Assembly (NCBI GenBank): GCA_963724765.1
Contig: CAVRVY010000004.1
Span: forward strand, 128,001 to 192,000
Reading direction: 5' to 3'
Length of the DNA stretch: 64,000 nt
Source: an uncultured delta proteobacterium
GTDB lineage: Bacteria > Desulfobacterota > Binatia > Binatales > Binataceae
Under the pieces are notes generated by a model that saw nothing but the letters and a program-made list of their open reading frames with translations, was not told the DNA's origin and made no database searches. Positions 35,975-46,545 of this stretch are shown here, one piece after another (position 1 is the first letter of the stretch; each line of letters starts with the position of its first letter). Both the position numbers and the translations under genes were made by a program.

Positions 35975-38077
35975 ATGCCGCTTGAGATGCAGACTGTGCT
36001 GAGCGCGCTGAGCGGCGTCGGCCCCAAGCGCGCCGCGGCGCTCGCCGACCGTGGTATTGCGACCATCGCCGACCTGCTGTTCAACCTGCCGCTGCACTAC
36101 CAGGACTGGCGCTCGCGCACGCCGCTTACGGAACTCAAGCCCGCGACCTTGGCCGTCGTCGAGGGGCGTCTCGTCGGATTCAAGGAGCGCCCGATGCGCG
36201 GGATGCGCTGGCGGCGGATGGCGACCGGATGGCTCGAAGGCCTAGGCGGCGCGCGACTGCGCGTTGTCTGGTTCAATCTGCCGGTCTACATGAAGGGACG
36301 CATGCCCAACGGCGAGCGCGTCGTGATGCATGGCCGCGTGAGCGAGGCGCCCGACCGCGGTTTGGAAATCATTCATCCCGAAGTTTATCCGCTGGATTCG
36401 GGCTCGCCGCCCGCGGTGCGTCCCGTGTATGGCCTGCCCGCTGAGATTGGTCAACGGGTCTATGCCGGGCTGGTCGCGCAGGCGCTGGCTGCCCTCGGCG
36501 CGCGAATCGAGGGCGCGATGCCAGCCGCGCTGCGCGCTGAGGCCGGCGTGATGACGCTCGGCGAGGCGCTGCGGATGCTCCATCAGCCGCCCGCCGACGC
36601 CGACCCGGCGAAGTTCGAGTCCGGTGACAGCGCCGCGCATTTCGCGCTCGCCTTCGATGAGATGTTCGCGTTTCAACTCGCGATGGGAATCGATCGGATG
36701 CGAGCGGAGCGGCGCATCGGCGCACGAATGGACGCTCCGGCCAGGTTGACCGCGCGCCTGCTCGAGACGCTGCCGTTTGCTCCGACGCGAGCGCAACTTC
36801 GCGCGATCGAGGAAATCGGCGCGGACCTTGCGCGAGCGCATCCGATGAATCGCCTGCTGATGGGCGACGTCGGCAGCGGCAAAACGCTGGTCGCGCTATG
36901 GGCGGCGCTGCGTGCGGCCGAGTCGGGATGGCAGGTCGCGATGATGGCGCCGACGGAGTTGCTCGCCGAGCAGCACTATCGCAGCTTCATGGCGCTGTGC
37001 GGTGCGCTCGGCGTGCCGGCCGCGCTGCTGCTCGGCAAGACTCCGCCCTCCGAGCGCGCACGGACGCTTCGGCTGCTCGCCTCGGGCACGATTCCCGTGG
37101 TTTTTGGCACCCACGCGCTCATCCAGGAGGGCGTCGCGCTCAGGAGCCTGGGCCTCGCGGTTATCGACGAGCAGCATCGCTTCGGCGTTTTCGATCGCGC
37201 GCGCCTGAAAGCACTGGGCCCCAGCGCTCACGTATTGCTGATGACGGCGACGCCGATACCGCGAAGCCTCGCGCTCACGCTGCTTGCCAACCTTGATATT
37301 TCGGCGCTCGACGAGATGCCGCCGGGACGGACGCCGGTTCTGACCGAAATTTTTACCGAAGGACGGATCGCCGAGGTCGACGCGATCGTGCTCAAGGAAC
37401 TCGAGGCCGGACGGCGCGCGTACTATATCGTTCCACTGATCGAGGGCGAGGAGGAAGGCGACGAACGGCTGTCCGTGGCGGCGACGGCCAAGCGGCTCGG
37501 CGCGGGGCCGCTCGGCGGTTTCAAAATTGGCACGCTGCACGCCAGGATGCGCCCGGCGGACAAGGAGCGCGCGATGCGTGCGTTTCGCGACGGCGCGCTC
37601 GACGTGCTGGTCTCGACCACGGTGGTCGAGGTCGGAATTGATGTGCCCGAAGCCAGCGTGATCGTGGTGATCGCGGCGGAGCGTTATGGACTCGCGCAGC
37701 TTCATCAATTGCGTGGCAGGGTGGGGCGGGGCGCGGCGGCCTCGCGATGCTGCCTGGTGGTCTCGCGCGAGAACGCCCGCGGCCGGCTCGATGTGCGGCT
37801 CGATGTGATGGTCCGCGCTACCAGCGGGACCGAGGTCGCCCGCGCCGACCTCGAGCTGCGCGGCCCCGGCGATTTGCTCGGCGCAAGACAAAGCGGCGCA
37901 CTGCCGCTGCGCTTTGCCGACTTCATCCATGACGGCCGGCTTATCGAGCAGGCCCGGGCGATGGCGGAGAGCTGGCTTAAGCGTGACCCCTCGCTCGAAC
38001 GGCCTGATTCCGCCGGGGCCCGCGCGGCGCTTCTGCGGATGCTGGATTTCGGCTTCAGCCTCGGAGATATAGGCTAG
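35975..38077 (+). CDS. recG: ATP-dependent DNA helicase RecG
   Basis: GDVGSGKT, DEQHRFG, TATPIPR, QLHQLRGRVGRG. Confidence 0.96.
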   Translation: MPLEMQTVLSALSGVGPKRAAALADRGIATIADLLFNLPLHYQDWRSRTPLTELKPATLAVVEGRLVGFKERPMRGMRWRRMATGWLEGLGGARLRVVWFNLPVYMKGRMPNGERVVMHGRVSEAPDRGLEIIHPEVYPLDSGSPPAVRPVYGLPAEIGQRVYAGLVAQALAALGARIEGAMPAALRAEAGVMTLGEALRMLHQPPADADPAKFESGDSAAHFALAFDEMFAFQLAMGIDRMRAERRIGARMDAPARLTARLLETLPFAPTRAQLRAIEEIGADLARAHPMNRLLMGDVGSGKTLVALWAALRAAESGWQVAMMAPTELLAEQHYRSFMALCGALGVPAALLLGKTPPSERARTLRLLASGTIPVVFGTHALIQEGVALRSLGLAVIDEQHRFGVFDRARLKALGPSAHVLLMTATPIPRSLALTLLANLDISALDEMPPGRTPVLTEIFTEGRIAEVDAIVLKELEAGRRAYYIVPLIEGEEEGDERLSVAATAKRLGAGPLGGFKIGTLHARMRPADKERAMRAFRDGALDVLVSTTVVEVGIDVPEASVIVVIAAERYGLAQLHQLRGRVGRGAAASRCCLVVSRENARGRLDVRLDVMVRATSGTEVARADLELRGPGDLLGARQSGALPLRFADFIHDGRLIEQARAMAESWLKRDPSLERPDSAGARAALLRMLDFGFSLGDIG

Positions 38078-38571
38078 TGGTGATGGCGCAGGCGAAATCC
38101 AGATCGAAAGGGCAGGGCTCAGAGCGAAACATAAAGCATCGGCGGGAAATCTCCGCCGGCGGGCTCATCTGGCGGCGCCGCGGCGACGGGTCGATAAGCG
38201 TGGTGCTGGTAAGGCCGGCTGGACGCAGCACCTGGGTGCTGCCCAAGGGGCATGTAGAGGCCGGCGAGACGGTCCCGCAGGCCGCGATGCGCGAGGTGCG
38301 TGAGGAGAGCGGCCTTACGGTGGGAGCGATCGAGCCGCTCGGCGAAATCTCCTACGTTTATTCGTCACGCGAGCGCAACGGCGCGACGCTCACCCGGATT
38401 TTCAAGCGCGTGCATTTCTTCCTGATGGAACATACGGGTGGCGATCCCTCGGCGCACGACTCGGAAACCGAGGAGGTCGCCTGGTTGACCTTGGATGAAG
38501 CTCTGGCCCGCGCGACTCATCCGAGCGAGCAGGAGCTGATCGCCAAAGCGCGCGTGATGCTCGGCGCGTAA
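38077..38571 (+). CDS. NUDIX hydrolase
   Basis: Nudix box GHVEAGETVPQAAMREVREESGL. Confidence 0.9.
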   Translation: MVMAQAKSRSKGQGSERNIKHRREISAGGLIWRRRGDGSISVVLVRPAGRSTWVLPKGHVEAGETVPQAAMREVREESGLTVGAIEPLGEISYVYSSRERNGATLTRIFKRVHFFLMEHTGGDPSAHDSETEEVAWLTLDEALARATHPSEQELIAKARVMLGA

Positions 38572-38589
38572 CATCGCGCCGAAAACGGC

Positions 38590-39894
38590 CTATGAGCGGG
38601 GCGGAGCGGGCGCCGCGGGCATGGATGCGGCGGCGCCGATCACGCTCGCACGCCACACCGCCGGCGCGAGTTCGGCCGATTGCATCGCGCCCGGGCCGAT
38701 GATCGCGAGCACCGCCGCGCCGCGGCGCTCAACATGATGCGCCGCCGGCGCGGTTCGGTCGAGGATCCCCTCGTAGGCCTGGGTGAAGGCCGCGGCGCTC
38801 GTATAGTCGCTCAACACCACGATCCAAATGATAGTGGTCGCGCCGCCGTTTTGCAGCACGGTCATCCGATCTCCGCGCCACGCGCGCGCCAGCGCAGCCC
38901 CTGCCTGATCGCCCGGACTGCGCGTAAGAATGACGCGCAGGAGCAACTCGCCGTAGGTGTCTTCCGCGACCTCGCGCCATCCCATGAGCGCCCGCGTCCA
39001 TCCGCCGACGGTTATCGCCAGCGGCGAGGAATGGCTGAAGTAGAGCGCTGGCTCGAGGATCTCCCGCGTCGAGAGCGGCGGGTTGCGATAGAGCGCATTC
39101 ACCGCCTTCCAGCCGCCGCGCAGGTAGGCCTCGCCGACGAAGCGGGTCCCGTCGGTGTACTGGAAGATGAGCGAATCGCGCAGCGCTGCCGGCGTGCCAG
39201 GCGATTGGACGTCGAACAGCGTGGGCATTTTCTCGAGATGGGTCAGCAGCGTGTGAATAGTGTCGGCGTCGATGAGCCCGGTGGTATAGCCGTAGCCAAC
39301 AAGCGTCGCGTCGCCCTCGGCCACCGATTTCAGCGCGAGCCGGCGATCGTCATTGTCGGTGATTCGATCGAGCGCGGCATGGACGCCGAAATACTGGTCC
39401 TGCAGCGCGTGGGTCAACTCGTGCGCGACCAGCATCTCGCGCGTCGAATCCTTGTGGGTGAAAAAACCCTTGATTTCCGACCACAGGCTGGGCTGGGATT
39501 TGCCCTTGACCAGGATCATTTCCCGATCCTGGGGATCGTAAAAGCCCACCACCTGTCTGCTCAGCACGCGCATCGTCTGCGCCTTGAGGTCAGTTCCCTG
39601 ATCATAAAGTCCCGTAAGCTCGCCAACTATGGCGGCGCGCTGGAGCTCAGCCTCGTCGTGATGGCGCTCCACTTCGCGTTCCAGCACGAGATTGGCCTGG
39701 CCCTGGTCCATCAGCAGCAGCGGCACGTCGGTTTGGAAGTTGAGCTGGCGCAATTCCTGTACGTCGGAATAAATCTGCTCGGCCCGTCGAAGGTTGACCT
39801 GGCCACCGCTCACCACCGCCCAGGCGCATCCGGAGAACCCGAGCAGAACCAGCGCGGCGCTTCGATAAAGCCGCGATGGATGCCGCGAACGCAT
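38590..39894 (-). CDS. Exported zincin-like protein (HExxH), paralog 1
   Basis: AHELTHALQDQ...EGDAT; signal/lipoprotein-like N-terminus. Confidence 0.7.
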   Translation of the reverse strand: MRSRHPSRLYRSAALVLLGFSGCAWAVVSGGQVNLRRAEQIYSDVQELRQLNFQTDVPLLLMDQGQANLVLEREVERHHDEAELQRAAIVGELTGLYDQGTDLKAQTMRVLSRQVVGFYDPQDREMILVKGKSQPSLWSEIKGFFTHKDSTREMLVAHELTHALQDQYFGVHAALDRITDNDDRRLALKSVAEGDATLVGYGYTTGLIDADTIHTLLTHLEKMPTLFDVQSPGTPAALRDSLIFQYTDGTRFVGEAYLRGGWKAVNALYRNPPLSTREILEPALYFSHSSPLAITVGGWTRALMGWREVAEDTYGELLLRVILTRSPGDQAGAALARAWRGDRMTVLQNGGATTIIWIVVLSDYTSAAAFTQAYEGILDRTAPAAHHVERRGAAVLAIIGPGAMQSAELAPAVWRASVIGAAASMPAAPAPPRS

Positions 39895-39895
39895 C

Positions 39896-41299
39896 TCAGC
39901 GCGCGGCGGCGAGCCGGCGAAGCGGCGCGGAGGGGGCGAGCGGCGCGCCGGCATGAAGCGACGGACCGCCCGGCGTGATCGCTGGTGGCGGAGCCGTGAT
40001 CGTGCTCGCCTTCCACACCGCCGGCCCAAGCCGGTCGAAATGCGCGGCCGCCTCGCCGACCGCCAGGAGCACCGCGTCGCCCTTGACTTCGACGCGATGC
40101 GTCGCCGGATGACCGTGCATGTGATCGAGCACCTTACGATAAACAGCCGCGAAGCGAGAGGCCGCATCGGCGTCGCGAAACGCCAGCATCCAAATGACGC
40201 TCACCGACTCGCCCTTGCGCAGCATCACGATCCGGTCGCCCGCCCATTTGGCGGCGAGCGCCAGGTCCGGCGACGCCGCGCCGCGCGTGTTTTCCAGGAT
40301 GATGCGCAGGCCAAGCTCGCCCAGCGTGTCTTCGTCGGATTTATGCCAGCCGCTGATCCGCGACTGGTAACCCGCAACGGTGACCGTATCGGGAAGGGTG
40401 GGGTGGTCGAAGTAGAGCGACGGATCGATGATCTGCTGGGTGGACTGCGGGGGATCGCCGTAGAGCTTGTCGACCGCCTTCCAGCCTCCGCGCTGGTAGG
40501 CCTCGGCGACGAACTTGACGCCGTCGGTGTACTGAAAAATCAGCGGCTCGGCTACGCCTCGCGGCACGCCGGCGGCTGCGCCAGTGAAGGTTTGCGAAAA
40601 GCTCTGCAGATTGCCGATCAGCGTAGAAAGGATGACCGAGTCCATGCGGCCCAGCATGCAGGCGTAACCCGCGATGGTCGCGTCGCCCTCGGCTACCGAG
40701 TGCAGCGCGAGCGCGCGGTCGCCGTTGCTCTTGAGCGCTTCATCTTTCGCGCCGAAGTCGAAGTTCTGATCCTGCAGTGCGTGGGTGAACTCGTGAGCCA
40801 GGATCATGTCCTCCAGTTTGGTCTGGAGTTCGGGTGGCTGGCCGGGAAACTCGCGCTCCAGCGCGCCGCTCACGATCACCATGGTCTTTTTCTTGAAGTC
40901 GTAAAACGCGATCACCTGGCTTTCGAGCAGGTTCATGTTGGCGGCCTTGAGATTGACCGCCGGCGGATACAGTCCAATCAGCGCGCCGGCGCGACCGTCG
41001 GTGTCGATCGCCTCGGGCGTGTATTCGCTTTCCAGTTCCGTCTCCAGCAACTTGCCCGCCTCCTCGGTGCTGCGGACTTCGACCGGAACCTTGTGCTTGA
41101 GCTTGAGCAGGCGCACTTCCTGGATGGTCTGCTCGACCGCGGCCGCCTGCTGTTCGTTGACCTTGCCGTTTTCCGCCTGCGCCTGTACGCATCGCGCGCT
41201 GGACACCGCCAAAAGAATCGCGGCGATTATCGAAAACAACAGCGGATGGCGCGGGGAGAACAACAGACGGTGCGGGAAGGGGCGGATGAGGTATTTCAT
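39896..41299 (-). CDS. Exported zincin-like protein (HExxH), paralog 2
   Basis: AHEFTHALQDQ...EGDAT; LIFQYTDG shared with paralog 1. Confidence 0.72.
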   Translation of the reverse strand: MKYLIRPFPHRLLFSPRHPLLFSIIAAILLAVSSARCVQAQAENGKVNEQQAAAVEQTIQEVRLLKLKHKVPVEVRSTEEAGKLLETELESEYTPEAIDTDGRAGALIGLYPPAVNLKAANMNLLESQVIAFYDFKKKTMVIVSGALEREFPGQPPELQTKLEDMILAHEFTHALQDQNFDFGAKDEALKSNGDRALALHSVAEGDATIAGYACMLGRMDSVILSTLIGNLQSFSQTFTGAAAGVPRGVAEPLIFQYTDGVKFVAEAYQRGGWKAVDKLYGDPPQSTQQIIDPSLYFDHPTLPDTVTVAGYQSRISGWHKSDEDTLGELGLRIILENTRGAASPDLALAAKWAGDRIVMLRKGESVSVIWMLAFRDADAASRFAAVYRKVLDHMHGHPATHRVEVKGDAVLLAVGEAAAHFDRLGPAVWKASTITAPPPAITPGGPSLHAGAPLAPSAPLRRLAAAR

Positions 41300-41970
41300 T
41301 CGCTGATGATTATAACCGGCAGTCCCAAGCGTGCGGTCTGGACCGCACGCGCCTGGGCCTGCTCGCGGGTTGCGAATCCACCCATCCGCACACGGTAATA
41401 GCGCCTGCCTCCGGTATCAAGCTCACTCAGCTTCACGTCGGCGTAGTATGCGGCGAGGCGAACACGGATATTCTCAGCGTTGCCCGGGTCGGCGTACGAT
41501 CCGGCTTGCACGAAGTATTGCGGCTCGCCCGCGGGATCGAACTCCGGCGTCGACACCAGGTCCATCCGCACCAGTGCGGTGCCGGGCCCGACCATCCCGA
41601 GCGCACGCGCCGCGCCATAGGAAAGATCGATCTTGCGTCCCTTGCGAAACGGTCCGCGATCGTTGATTCGCACCTCGACCGCGCGTCCGCTGCCGAGATC
41701 GGTCACGATCACACGCGAACCCAGCGGAAAGATACTCGAAGCGGCGGTCATCTGGTCCTGGTTGTAGATTTCGCCGGTCGCGGTCGGATGGCCGTTGAAG
41801 CCCGGCCCATACCATGACGCCTTGCCGACGACGGAACGGATTGAACCCGGCCCGGACGGAACGAGCGCCAGCCCCGCGCTCGGCGACGGCTGGCGCGAGG
41901 CGCATCCCGCCGCCATCGCACACGCAGCCAACGCGAGCCCCAGCCACCGCCGCCTCATCATCATCCGCAC
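41296..41970 (-). CDS. rlpA: Septal lytic transglycosylase RlpA lipoprotein with SPOR domain
   Basis: Lipobox AAGC, GKASWYG, VRINDRGPF, IDLS, YFVQAGSY...YYRVRMG. Confidence 0.9.
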   Translation of the reverse strand: MRMMMRRRWLGLALAACAMAAGCASRQPSPSAGLALVPSGPGSIRSVVGKASWYGPGFNGHPTATGEIYNQDQMTAASSIFPLGSRVIVTDLGSGRAVEVRINDRGPFRKGRKIDLSYGAARALGMVGPGTALVRMDLVSTPEFDPAGEPQYFVQAGSYADPGNAENIRVRLAAYYADVKLSELDTGGRRYYRVRMGGFATREQAQARAVQTARLGLPVIIISE

Positions 41971-42207
41971 CTATCGCGCACCCTCTTCGGGCACCGCAGC
42001 CGGCTTCGGCGCCCGGACCACAGGCGCCATCCCGCGCCTTCACCGGACGATTATAAGCGGTGGTGCGCGGGTTGAGAAATACGCCCCGGCGCGGCTCAAG
42101 CGCATCTCAGCCATATCTGTTGACAGCCGATGGTTCCGGCGTGTCGGCGCGCCGCACTTCGCATGGTAGCATCAAACGAGCGTGGCCGGCCCTGGCTACG
42201 CACCAGC

Positions 42208-43368
42208 ATGCTGCGAAACCGGGAGGATCTCGAGGAGTTGGAGGCGCGCACGCTCGCGCCTTACGCGATGCTGTCGCGGATGAGCCGCGGGCGGCGTTTC
42301 CCCGAGCCGCCGCATCCGATGCGCACGGCGTTCCAGCGCGACCGCGACCGTATCATTCATTCCGCCGCCTTCCGCCGCCTCGAATACAAGACCCAGGTCT
42401 TCGTCGACCACGAAGGCGATTACTACCGCACCCGTCTGACGCATACGGTGGAGGCCGCACAAATCACCCGCACGGTGGCGCGGGCGCTGGGCCTCAACTC
42501 GGAACTGGCCGAGGCGGTCGCGCTCGCGCACGATCTCGGCCACACGCCGTTCGGCCATGCCGGCGAGCGGGCGCTGCGCGCGCTGATGGAGCCCCACGGC
42601 GGTTTCGATCACAACGCGCAGAGCCTGCGCACGGTCGACTGGATCGAAGTGCGTTACCCGAATTTCCGCGGGCTCAACCTGACTTTCGAAGTCCGCGAGG
42701 GAATCATCAAGCACTCCGAGTTCAAGCTGCGCCCGGCGGCGGCCGAGTTCGACCCCTTGTTATTCCCGTGCCTGGAGGCGCAAATCGTCGACCTCGCCGA
42801 CGAAATCGCCTACCTCGCGCATGACGTCGACGACGGGCTGAAGGCCGAGATGCTGACGGTGGAAGACCTCGACCGTACGCACCTGTTCCACCAGGCCGCC
42901 GCCGCCGCGCACGAGGCGAGCCCGCGCGCCGAACCAGGGGTCGTGCGTTACCAGACCGTGATTCGCATGATCGACGCGATGGTGACCGACCTGGTCATCA
43001 ACATCAGCGGTGAACTCGAGCGCGGCTCGATTCGCAGCGTCGACGACGTGCGGCGCGCCGGGCGGGCGCTCGCGAACTTCGGCGGGGCGATGGCGCCGAT
43101 GGTGGAAGAGCTCAAACAACTGATGCGCGAGCGGCTGTATCGCCATTATCGGGTCAGCCGGATGACCGGCAAGGCGGGCAGGGTGCTCGAGCGCCTGTTC
43201 GAAACCTACATGGGCGAACCGCGCCAGATGCCCGGCCATGTGCTTCACCGTATCGAGGTCGACGGCGAGGCGCTCGCGCGCGTGGTCGCCGATTATATCG
43301 CGGGAATGACCGACCGCTTCGCGCTGGATGAATACCGCAAACTCTTCGACCCCGATGAACGTGTCTGA
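42208..43368 (+). CDS. dgt: dGTP triphosphohydrolase (HD family)
   Basis: FQRDRDRIIHS, RTRLTH, AHDLGHTPFGHAGE, DYIAGMTD. Confidence 0.93.
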   Translation: MLRNREDLEELEARTLAPYAMLSRMSRGRRFPEPPHPMRTAFQRDRDRIIHSAAFRRLEYKTQVFVDHEGDYYRTRLTHTVEAAQITRTVARALGLNSELAEAVALAHDLGHTPFGHAGERALRALMEPHGGFDHNAQSLRTVDWIEVRYPNFRGLNLTFEVREGIIKHSEFKLRPAAAEFDPLLFPCLEAQIVDLADEIAYLAHDVDDGLKAEMLTVEDLDRTHLFHQAAAAAHEASPRAEPGVVRYQTVIRMIDAMVTDLVINISGELERGSIRSVDDVRRAGRALANFGGAMAPMVEELKQLMRERLYRHYRVSRMTGKAGRVLERLFETYMGEPRQMPGHVLHRIEVDGEALARVVADYIAGMTDRFALDEYRKLFDPDERV

Positions 43369-44035
43369 CGCGCCGCCAAACGGATCCGAAAGAAAGGGAC
43401 GGGCGGCGCGCGCGCGCGGCTCCACGGCGAGCATCGTCATCCGGCGCGAGGATCATATCGGCGACTCATTGGGGTTTATCTTTCTGGAAGCCGACAACGA
43501 CCACGATGCGATAATCGAGCGGCTGCGCGAATACCTCGGCCCGCGCATCAGGATCCTCAAGGCCGAAATCGGCGTCGAACGGATCGAAGTCGAGGCCGGC
43601 GGGCGGCGCTTCGCCGAGGAGGCGGCGCGGCTGGCCGAAGCCGCCCAGGGGTTGCGGCGCAAGGGTGCGTCGCGCAACGCGATGGCGCATTTCAAGGAAG
43701 CGCTCGCGCTTGACCCGCTCAACGTGATGGCGCTCTGCGGGCTGAGTGCGCTGTTGGCGGCGCGCGATGATTACTCGGGGGCGTTCACTATGCTGTGCAA
43801 GGCACGCGAGGCTGGCGGCGACAGCGCCGCGGTGCTGCACGAGCTCGGCCGCGTGGCGGCCCGGATGGGGCGAATCGCGACGGCAATCGTGTACCTCGAA
43901 CGCGCTTGCGAACTGGCGCCGGACGACCTGGCAATCCGGCGAACGCTGGCGGATCTTGGGCGCAAGCCGCGCGCGACGGTGAAGCTCAAGGAACGGGCGG
44001 CTTTGAGCCAACGCGATCGCGAAAAAGGCCGGTGA
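43355..44035 (+). CDS. Tetratricopeptide-repeat protein
   Basis: AMAHFKEALALDP, AIVYLERACELAP. Confidence 0.75.
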   Translation: MNVSDAPPNGSERKGRAARARGSTASIVIRREDHIGDSLGFIFLEADNDHDAIIERLREYLGPRIRILKAEIGVERIEVEAGGRRFAEEAARLAEAAQGLRRKGASRNAMAHFKEALALDPLNVMALCGLSALLAARDDYSGAFTMLCKAREAGGDSAAVLHELGRVAARMGRIATAIVYLERACELAPDDLAIRRTLADLGRKPRATVKLKERAALSQRDREKGR

Positions 44036-44044
44036 CATTCTTCC

Positions 44045-44163
44045 GTCATCCTGAGCGAGCGTCGCGCGAGTCGAAGGACCCCGAATCTTTCTGAGCGCAC
44101 ATCGCGAGAGTCTCGGCGCGAGACGATCGGGGTCCCTCGACTCGCAGACCCGCTCGGGATTAC
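44045..44163. repeat. Complete palindromic element GTCATCCTGAGC...GCTCGGGATTAC
   Basis: GTCATCCTGAGCG..GCGAGTCGAAGGACCCCGA pairs with TCGGGGTCCCTCGACTCGC..CGCTCGGGATTAC. Confidence 0.75.
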
Positions 44164-44252
44164 AGATAAGAAGGATCTCGCGCGGCATCCTCTGCCTGTG
44201 GCTTGCTCTGTGGTTTTCTCGTCCACGGCACGAACGCTACAATCGTCCCACT

Positions 44253-44582
44253 GTGAGGCCCATCGATCTGCGGCACGCGGCTGCGTTCGGCCTGCTCGCC
44301 GCCTGGTATCTGCTGACGCCGCCCTTCGCTCCTGGCGATCCGCCCGGGCCGCTGCAGATCAACGCGCCCCTCAGCCAGTGGAGCCAGGCGGATTCGTCCG
44401 ACACCGCGTCGGGATGCGACGAGCAGCGCGACAACATGCTGAGGATGTACCGCAGCGCCGACATGACTTCAGTGGCGATCCAGTTCAAGCTTTTGCTCTA
44501 CCACAATTCCGTATGCGTCTCCTCGGCCGACCCGCGTCTCAAGCAATCCGCCAAACAGACTGCTCGCCATCCGCTTAAATAG
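44253..44582 (+). CDS. Small exported hypothetical protein with 2 Cys
   Basis: WYLLTPP...APLSQW...C...CVSSADPRL. Confidence 0.6.
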   Translation: MRPIDLRHAAAFGLLAAWYLLTPPFAPGDPPGPLQINAPLSQWSQADSSDTASGCDEQRDNMLRMYRSADMTSVAIQFKLLLYHNSVCVSSADPRLKQSAKQTARHPLK

Positions 44583-45738
44583 TACGGGCCTGCGGCCGCG
44601 ATGGCCGCGCGGCGTCCTCGACGGCCGTGAGTATCGCTTCGCCCAGCCGCTTCACCTGGCGCTCGACGTCGCAGCATTTCATGACCCGCGCGGGTCCCGC
44701 GGAGCCCATGCGCGCGCGCAAATCTGGATCGCCGGCGAGTTTCCGGATGGCGCCCGCAACCGCGTTGGAATCTCCGGGAGCAACGATTATCGCGCATTCG
44801 TCGTCAAGGATATCGATCACGCCTGACAAGGATGTTCCGATTACCGGCAGCCGCGCCCACAGGGCCTCGATGAAGGTCAGGCCAAAACCTTCGGACCCGG
44901 AGTTCGGCTGGCAATAGATATCGGCGGCGGCAAGCAGCCGCGGAAGATCATCATAGTAGCCGATGAACCTGACTCTATCCGCGATACCCAGTCCGGCGGC
45001 CTCGGCCTTGAGGGTATCGAGATATCGAAGCTGGTAGTCAAGTTCCGCACGTCCGGCAAACCAGCAGACTAGGTTGGGCAATTCGGTGAGCTTGTTGAGC
45101 GCCTGGAGATTGATCCGATGGCCCTTGTACGGCTCCATCCGGCCGACCTGGACAATGACGGTTGCGTCGGGAGCGGTTGAGAGGCCGGCGCGGACCGCGT
45201 CGCGTTCGGCGGTGGAAAAAATGCGCTGGTCGGGGAGCTCGGCCGGAACGTAAATAATCTCGCAGCGAACTTCGGGAAAAAGCTTAGGCAGGCTTTCCGC
45301 GGCTGCCTTGCTGATCGCGATCGCGAGGCTGGGCTTGCCCGGGCTCAGCAACCGCTCGTACCAGCGCCGGCTGTCGGCGGGGTCGTAGTGGATCAGAATA
45401 GCCGGGAGGTGTGCCGCACGAACCGCCGGCGCGAGCAGCGTATAGATCCAGGGGGCGTGTAGCACCGCGCCGTCGATTTCGCGCGCGCGCAAAATGTCGC
45501 GAAGATGGCGATGGGCGCGCCAGAAGGTTCTGATTCTCGGGTCTTGGATGAGATGGACGGGCGCGCCGGTTGCGCGCAGCGCGGACGCCTGGTGGCCGTC
45601 AAAGCAGAGCGCGAATTCCAGTTCCAGACCGGGGTAGAGATCGCGATGGCGGGCGAGGGTGGTCATCACCGTCTCGACCCCGCCATAAACGTTGCCTACG
45701 CCGATGTGCAGGATCCTCTTTCGACGGCTCGACGACAT
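44575..45738 (-). CDS. Glycosyltransferase family 4
   Basis: GGVE, VGRMEPYKG, EGFGLTFIEA. Confidence 0.88.
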   Translation of the reverse strand: MSSSRRKRILHIGVGNVYGGVETVMTTLARHRDLYPGLELEFALCFDGHQASALRATGAPVHLIQDPRIRTFWRAHRHLRDILRAREIDGAVLHAPWIYTLLAPAVRAAHLPAILIHYDPADSRRWYERLLSPGKPSLAIAISKAAAESLPKLFPEVRCEIIYVPAELPDQRIFSTAERDAVRAGLSTAPDATVIVQVGRMEPYKGHRINLQALNKLTELPNLVCWFAGRAELDYQLRYLDTLKAEAAGLGIADRVRFIGYYDDLPRLLAAADIYCQPNSGSEGFGLTFIEALWARLPVIGTSLSGVIDILDDECAIIVAPGDSNAVAGAIRKLAGDPDLRARMGSAGPARVMKCCDVERQVKRLGEAILTAVEDAARPSRPQARTI

Positions 45739-45873
45739 CGTGGCAGAGAAATCATGACAGGAAGCCGGTAGGAGTTCATCTGCTCAAGCGCTCGTCGGAG
45801 CGCGCAGGCTCGCCGCCGCGTTCAGAATTTCGCGTTGAGTTTCTTTGACGGCGATTTAGATGCGCAGCGAAAT

Positions 45874-46350
45874 TCAGGCTTTGGACCAGTGCTCCCAGTC
45901 CTTGGCAAAGTCCTGCACTGTTATCGCTCGGCGCAGGCTGAAATCGGGATTCAGCAAGTCGTAGATGTGATCGTCCTTGCCACGCATGCTGAAATACACC
46001 ACCACTCCGTCGTCACCCCCACCTTCTATGTGAATTTCGTTTTCGGCTCCGCTCGAGAAAGCACCCGCCCGCTTTATCTTCTCGACGACGCCATTGGCAG
46101 TTTGTTCGAAGATGTGGAGCGAGCCCTCGAGCACCAGAGTTGTGGTCGCCGCTACGTGGCGATGGAAAAGACAGCGGCTCCCGGGCTCGAATTTGACCAG
46201 CATGTCAGCGGTGTGAGCCGCGACGTTGACGTCCAGAATCCGGTAGTAACAGCCTTCGGTAAGGAAGTCCTTCCACTCGATATTCGTGGTATCAAAGCGG
46301 AAGTTTGCCGGGCTGGTCTGGTGTCGCTCAACAGGCGTGGAGTCGTTCAT
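45874..46350 (-). CDS. Cupin-fold (ChrR-like) protein
   Basis: LVKFEPGSRCLFHRH...LVLEG...HIEGGG. Confidence 0.7.
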   Translation of the reverse strand: MNDSTPVERHQTSPANFRFDTTNIEWKDFLTEGCYYRILDVNVAAHTADMLVKFEPGSRCLFHRHVAATTTLVLEGSLHIFEQTANGVVEKIKRAGAFSSGAENEIHIEGGGDDGVVVYFSMRGKDDHIYDLLNPDFSLRRAITVQDFAKDWEHWSKA

Positions 46351-46545
46351 TCTGCTTCCCTCGTAATGGATTATCCCGGAGACATCAGGGAAGTCCCACG
46401 GTTCCCGGCTATGTTTATAGCACAGCAGCCGGTGAGCCCGAAGTGTTTCGCGTTGACCCGATATCTCGTGGGCCATTTTCGAAATTAGTTGCGCATGAGT
46501 CTGCGACATGAGCCTGGTTGACTGTCGGCGCGACTCGGGGCCCGT

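Noticed and set aside
42208-43368. dGTPase as an antiphage system
   Set aside because: Short housekeeping-type dgt with host-like GC in a core-gene context
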